This document shows, one piece after another, positions 60,216-64,000 of a stretch of 64,000 nucleotides of DNA. Each line of letters opens with the position of its first letter. Position 1 is the stretch's first letter. The notes beneath the pieces were generated by a model. The model worked only from the letters and a program-made list of their open reading frames with translations. It was not told where the DNA came from and searched no databases. Location: assembly GCF_056746865.1 (NCBI RefSeq), contig NZ_CM163382.1; one strand, written 5' to 3'. The position numbers and the translations under genes are program-made.

Positions 60216-60515
60216 ATGACTGAACTCGCGCAATTACAGGCCAGTGCCGAACAGGCAGCGGCCTTATTGAAAGCAATGAGCCACCCTAAACGGTTGCTGA
60301 TTCTGTGCATGCTTAGCGGTTCCCCCGGCACCAGCGCGGGAGAGCTGACGCGCATTACCGGACTGAGTGCCTCTGCGACATCACAGCATCTCGCTCGTAT
60401 GCGGGACGAAGGGCTTATCGACAGCCAACGGGATGCCCAACGCATTCTATATTCCATTAAAAATGAGGCGGTAAATGCCATTATCGCCACCCTGAAAAAT
60501 GTCTATTGTCCGTAA
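60216..60515 (+). CDS. ygaV: ArsR-family transcriptional regulator
   Basis: 99 aa HTH protein; conserved partner of ygaP. Confidence 0.85.
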   Translation: MTELAQLQASAEQAAALLKAMSHPKRLLILCMLSGSPGTSAGELTRITGLSASATSQHLARMRDEGLIDSQRDAQRILYSIKNEAVNAIIATLKNVYCP

Positions 60516-60524
60516 GGAGTCACT

Positions 60525-61049
60525 ATGGCTTTGACAACCATTTCGCCGCATGATGCACAAGAATTAATCGCACGCGGCGCAAAGTTAATCGATATTCGTG
60601 ACGCTGATGAATATCTTCGTGAACATATTCCTGAAGCAGATCTGGCTCCATTATCCGTGCTGGAACAGTCAGGTCTTCCGGCTAAATTACGTCGCGAGCA
60701 AATTATATTCCACTGCCAGGCAGGTAAACGCACCAGTAATAACGCCGATAAATTAGCAGCGATTGCCGCCCCCGCAGAAATCTTTTTACTCGAAGATGGG
60801 ATTGATGGCTGGAAAAAAGCAGGATTACCAGTAGCGGTAAATAAATCTCAACCCTTGCCGTTAATGCGCCAGGTGCAGATCGCTGCGGGTGGTTTAATAT
60901 TAATCGGCGTTATACTGGGCTATACCGTAAATAGCGGTTTCTTCTTATTAAGCGGCTTTGTTGGTGCCGGGTTACTGTTTGCAGGAATTAGCGGTTTTTG
61001 TGGGATGGCAAGGTTGTTAGATAAGATGCCGTGGAACCAACGAGCTTGA
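60525..61049 (+). CDS. ygaP: membrane-anchored rhodanese (thiosulfate sulfurtransferase)
   Basis: 174 aa; rhodanese active-site Cys region [10 protein letters not shown] and C-terminal transmembrane segments. Confidence 0.85.
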   Translation: MALTTISPHDAQELIARGAKLIDIRDADEYLREHIPEADLAPLSVLEQSGLPAKLRREQIIFHCQAGKRTSNNADKLAAIAAPAEIFLLEDGIDGWKKAGLPVAVNKSQPLPLMRQVQIAAGGLILIGVILGYTVNSGFFLLSGFVGAGLLFAGISGFCGMARLLDKMPWNQRA

Positions 61050-61095
61050 GAAGCGACGCCGGACGCGCCATAGCGGCGGCATCCGGCCTCAGTAA

Positions 61096-61500
61096 TTAGA
61101 TCAGGAAATCGTCGAGAGATTTACCTTCTGCCAGCGCCTGAGCGATTGGCTTCGGTGTACGGCCCTGACCGGTCCAGGTTTTAGTTTCACCGTTAACATC
61201 AGTGAATTTATATTTCGCCGGACGCGGCTGGCGTTTTTTACCAGCGCGTGGTGCAGCAGCAGAGCTATTACCCAATAACTCTTCCGGGTTAATTCCGTCA
61301 GCTTTCATCAGCTCCAGCCAGGTGCTAATTTTTTCCTGACGCTCAGCCAGTTCACGCTGCTGCTGTTCTTCTTCTTCACGTCTTTCTTTAGTGACAACCC
61401 TGAATTTTTCGAGCATTTCTTCAAGAACGTCAATGGAGAATTCGCGAGCCATCGCACGGAGAGTGCGAATGTTATTTAAACTTTGTAACATTACGGACAT
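61096..61500 (-). CDS. stpA: H-NS paralogue StpA (DNA-binding protein)
   Basis: 134 aa [36 protein letters not shown]...[16 protein letters not shown]. Confidence 0.9.
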   Translation of the reverse strand: MSVMLQSLNNIRTLRAMAREFSIDVLEEMLEKFRVVTKERREEEEQQQRELAERQEKISTWLELMKADGINPEELLGNSSAAAPRAGKKRQPRPAKYKFTDVNGETKTWTGQGRTPKPIAQALAEGKSLDDFLI

Positions 61501-62167
61501 AATAAAGAAAACCTTTTAACGCCAAAACAAAAAAGTATTTCGTCGCGTAGTGTAAGCGATCACTTATTATATTTCCACAAAATTTAATCTATTTACAGTC
61601 CTGCACGAGATTATTTCAGCTGTTATTTTCTGAAACTCTCAGAATAATTTCAAGATTATATATTAGCCATTTTGATGAGTAATTTCGGTTATTGGTGAAC
61701 AGAGCGGCGCTCTCTGCTCGCTAATTCCGCAAGCCTGACAAAACCAAAGTGAATAAAAATGCAATTTAACCGAATAAATGAAAACACCCCTCACTGGTGC
61801 TTTCTGCTGTCAATGTACATTTTCTGGCATAAAAAATGCTGAAAATGACCCGGTCACGACATACACCGAATTCTCTACGCTTATAGCGTTACCTCACCCC
61901 CAAACTTTCATTAGTGTAATTAAAGGCAGGATCATATCTAATTGATTCAATTGAAAATAAACCATATCGGCATGTAAAAATCCACAATGTACAAAAAACG
62001 CGCCGTTACGGAATATTTTATCTACAAAAACAGTTTAAATAAAAATTTTTCACTAATTGATTAGTCATAGCCAGCGATATACGCTATGCGAAAATGCAGA
62101 TGGCAATGAGATCCACTGCTTTCATCTCCATTCACATCCCATTACGCTTTTATTAAGGAGCATTAGC

Positions 62168-62617
62168 ATGTTCTCACCGCAGTCACGCTTGCGTCATGCA
62201 GTTGCAGATACGTTCGCGATGGTTGTTTACTGTTCTGTCGTGAACATGTGTATTGAAGTTTTCCTCTCCGGAATGAGCTTCGAACAGTCTTTTTATTCCA
62301 GATTGGTAGCGATTCCGGTGAACATCTTAATTGCATGGCCATACGGTATGTACCGCGATCTGTTTATGCGCGCAGCACGCAAAGTTAGCCCGTCGGGCTG
62401 GATAAAAAATCTGGCGGATATCATGGCTTATGTGACGTTCCAGTCACCGGTGTATGTGGCGATCTTGTTAGTGGTGGGCGCAGACTGGCATCAGATTATG
62501 GCGGCGGTCAGTTCAAACATCGTTGTTTCGATGTTGATGGGGGCGGTTTATGGCTACTTCCTCGATTATTGCCGCCGACTGTTTAAAGTTAGCCGTTACC
62601 AGCAGGTAAAAGCCTGA
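62168..62617 (+). CDS. alaE: L-alanine exporter AlaE
   Basis: 149 aa from [21 protein letters not shown]. Confidence 0.85.
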   Translation: MFSPQSRLRHAVADTFAMVVYCSVVNMCIEVFLSGMSFEQSFYSRLVAIPVNILIAWPYGMYRDLFMRAARKVSPSGWIKNLADIMAYVTFQSPVYVAILLVVGADWHQIMAAVSSNIVVSMLMGAVYGYFLDYCRRLFKVSRYQQVKA

Positions 62618-62653
62618 CCCTTCTTTTCGCGACTGGCATCGCCAGTCGCGTCT

Positions 62654-62998
62654 TTAACTGGCTTCGCCAAATAAACCATTCAAATAACGTTCAAGCGCAA
62701 CACGCGAACTAAAGCCATGCGGGATACCGTAATGCTCATGACGTTCACCCGCTAAATAGAGCGGAAATTGTTGATAATGATCGCAAGTTTTAATATCGGA
62801 AGCGGGTTCAGCCAGTGTTGAACTACGTTCTTTTAATGTTGGATGAATCACCAGGGCGGTACGTCCCATTCGCGCTTCGCGATTAACATAGACATAATTT
62901 TCCCCACGGCGGTAACCATAAGCTTTCTGGGTTACCACATCGACAGTAAAACCGACTTTTTCAAGTACGCGCGCCACCTCGTCTGGTCGTAAATACAT
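62654..62998 (-). CDS. ygaC: YgaC (DUF2002) protein
   Basis: 114-aa ORF in the conserved position. Confidence 0.8.
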
Positions 62999-63149
62999 AT
63001 TTGATCCTCGTTATTATCAACCGCGGGCCTACCTTACCTGATTGCGCATTCACAACGCTTTCAGAAAAGTCCATAAAGCCGCGATGAACCTCAGTTAAGA
63101 AAATTATGGTCTACACTGAAAATTACATCGAATTCTAATGGGGGATCAT

Positions 63150-63479
63150 ATGTTTAACCGACCGAACCGCAACGACGTTGATGATGGCGTGCAGGATATC
63201 CAGAATGATGTCAATCAATTAGCTGACAGCCTCGAGTCTGTGTTGAAGTCCTGGGGCAGCGACGCCAAAGGGGAAGCAGAAGCCGCTCGCAGTAAAGCGC
63301 AGGCTCTACTGAAAGAAACCAGGGCGCGAATGCATGGTCGTACTCGCGTCCAGCAAGCCGCACGCGATGCCGTTGGCTGCGCGGATTCTTTTGTTCGTGA
63401 AAGACCCTGGTGTAGCGTGGGTACAGCAGCTGCGGTAGGTATTTTTATCGGCGCACTGTTAAGCATGCGCAAATCGTAG
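63150..63479 (+). CDS. ygaM: ElaB/YgaM-family membrane-anchored ribosome-binding protein
   Basis: 109 aa from MFNRPNRNDVDDGVQDIQNDV; C-terminal transmembrane anchor AAAVGIFIGALL. Confidence 0.85.
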   Translation: MFNRPNRNDVDDGVQDIQNDVNQLADSLESVLKSWGSDAKGEAEAARSKAQALLKETRARMHGRTRVQQAARDAVGCADSFVRERPWCSVGTAAAVGIFIGALLSMRKS

Positions 63480-63509
63480 TGCAAAAATGATAATAAATAC
63501 GCGTCTTTG

Positions 63510-63537
63510 ACCCCGAAGCCTGGCTTCGGGGTTTTTT
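63510..63537. terminator. intrinsic terminator after ygaM (also abuts the convergent minus-strand gene end)
   Basis: accccgaagcctggcttcggggtttttt. Confidence 0.55.
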
Positions 63538-64000
63538 AGCTTAAGGCTTTACGTAATTGTTGTGCTACCTGTCGCGCCATACCTTCGTTAACGATATTAG
63601 TAAACGAGAGCAGTAATCCACCTTCCCCACTTGAACGGATACGCCAGTCGCTAAGTGCCTGCACCGCAAGGCCTGCAGCATTGGCTTTACGCGCATGGGC
63701 AATATCATCGCCTATCATTCTGATCACCATCTGGATACCACCTTTCTGCGGCACAACCTGAAATCCTTGCTGCGTCAACGCTTGCTCAATCCATTGCCGA
63801 CGTTGAGCATAATGCTGACGCATTTTCTTCAGATGCCGCCAGAAATGCCCCTCGCGAAGAAAGTCTGCCAGTGTGTTCTGCCATAGAACAGGTACCGCAC
63901 ATGGAGCCAGTGACGCCTGGTGGCGGAATTGTGCAATTTGCTTCACCGGCAACACCAGCCACGCACAGCGCAATGCAGGAAATAGCGCTTTGCTGAATGT
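63536..64000 (-). CDS. C-terminal fragment of a PLP-dependent aminotransferase-fold protein (MocR/GntR-like C-terminal domain); gene continues beyond window end
   Basis: Translation ...LAPCAVPVLWQNTLADFLREGHFWRHLKKMRQHYAQRRQWIEQALTQQGFQV... resembles the C-terminal region of MocR-type regulators; tentative. Confidence 0.35.
   Translation of the reverse strand, partial: TFSKALFPALRCAWLVLPVKQIAQFRHQASLAPCAVPVLWQNTLADFLREGHFWRHLKKMRQHYAQRRQWIEQALTQQGFQVVPQKGGIQMVIRMIGDDIAHARKANAAGLAVQALSDWRIRSSGEGGLLLSFTNIVNEGMARQVAQQLRKALS

Overview
Enterobacterial (Escherichia coli-like) chromosomal segment running from the 5' end of ffh to ygaM. The conserved backbone is ffh, ypjD, yfjD, grpE, nadK, recN, bamE, ratB, ratA, smpB and ssrA on the left, and ypjA, a pin remnant, tRNA-Ile(CAU), ygaQ-like, csiD, lhgO, gabDTP, csiR, ygaU, yqaE, ygaV, ygaP, stpA, alaE, ygaC and ygaM on the right. 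Between ssrA (7961..8323) and ypjA (40975..45549) lies a mosaic integrated element of about 32 kb that occupies the site used by prophage CP4-57 in K-12 but has different content. It carries a P4-type integrase, an AlpA regulator, a primase/replication protein and an iteron-type origin, then an AT-rich four-gene operon (metallo-beta-lactamase-fold protein, trypsin-like protease-domain protein, small ORF, SF2 DEAH helicase broken by a frameshift in an A7 tract) that matches no defence system I can name and is my strongest candidate for an undescribed system. Further cargo: two diverged paralogues of an unassigned family, a GC-rich sugar PTS and hexulose-phosphate module, a DUF3883-like nuclease, a CBS plus HEPN protein, a second integrase split by an IS629-like IS3-family element, and an HslV-like peptidase. 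No CRISPR array was seen. All calls rest on reading the sequence and ORF translations by eye; no database search or computation was run.
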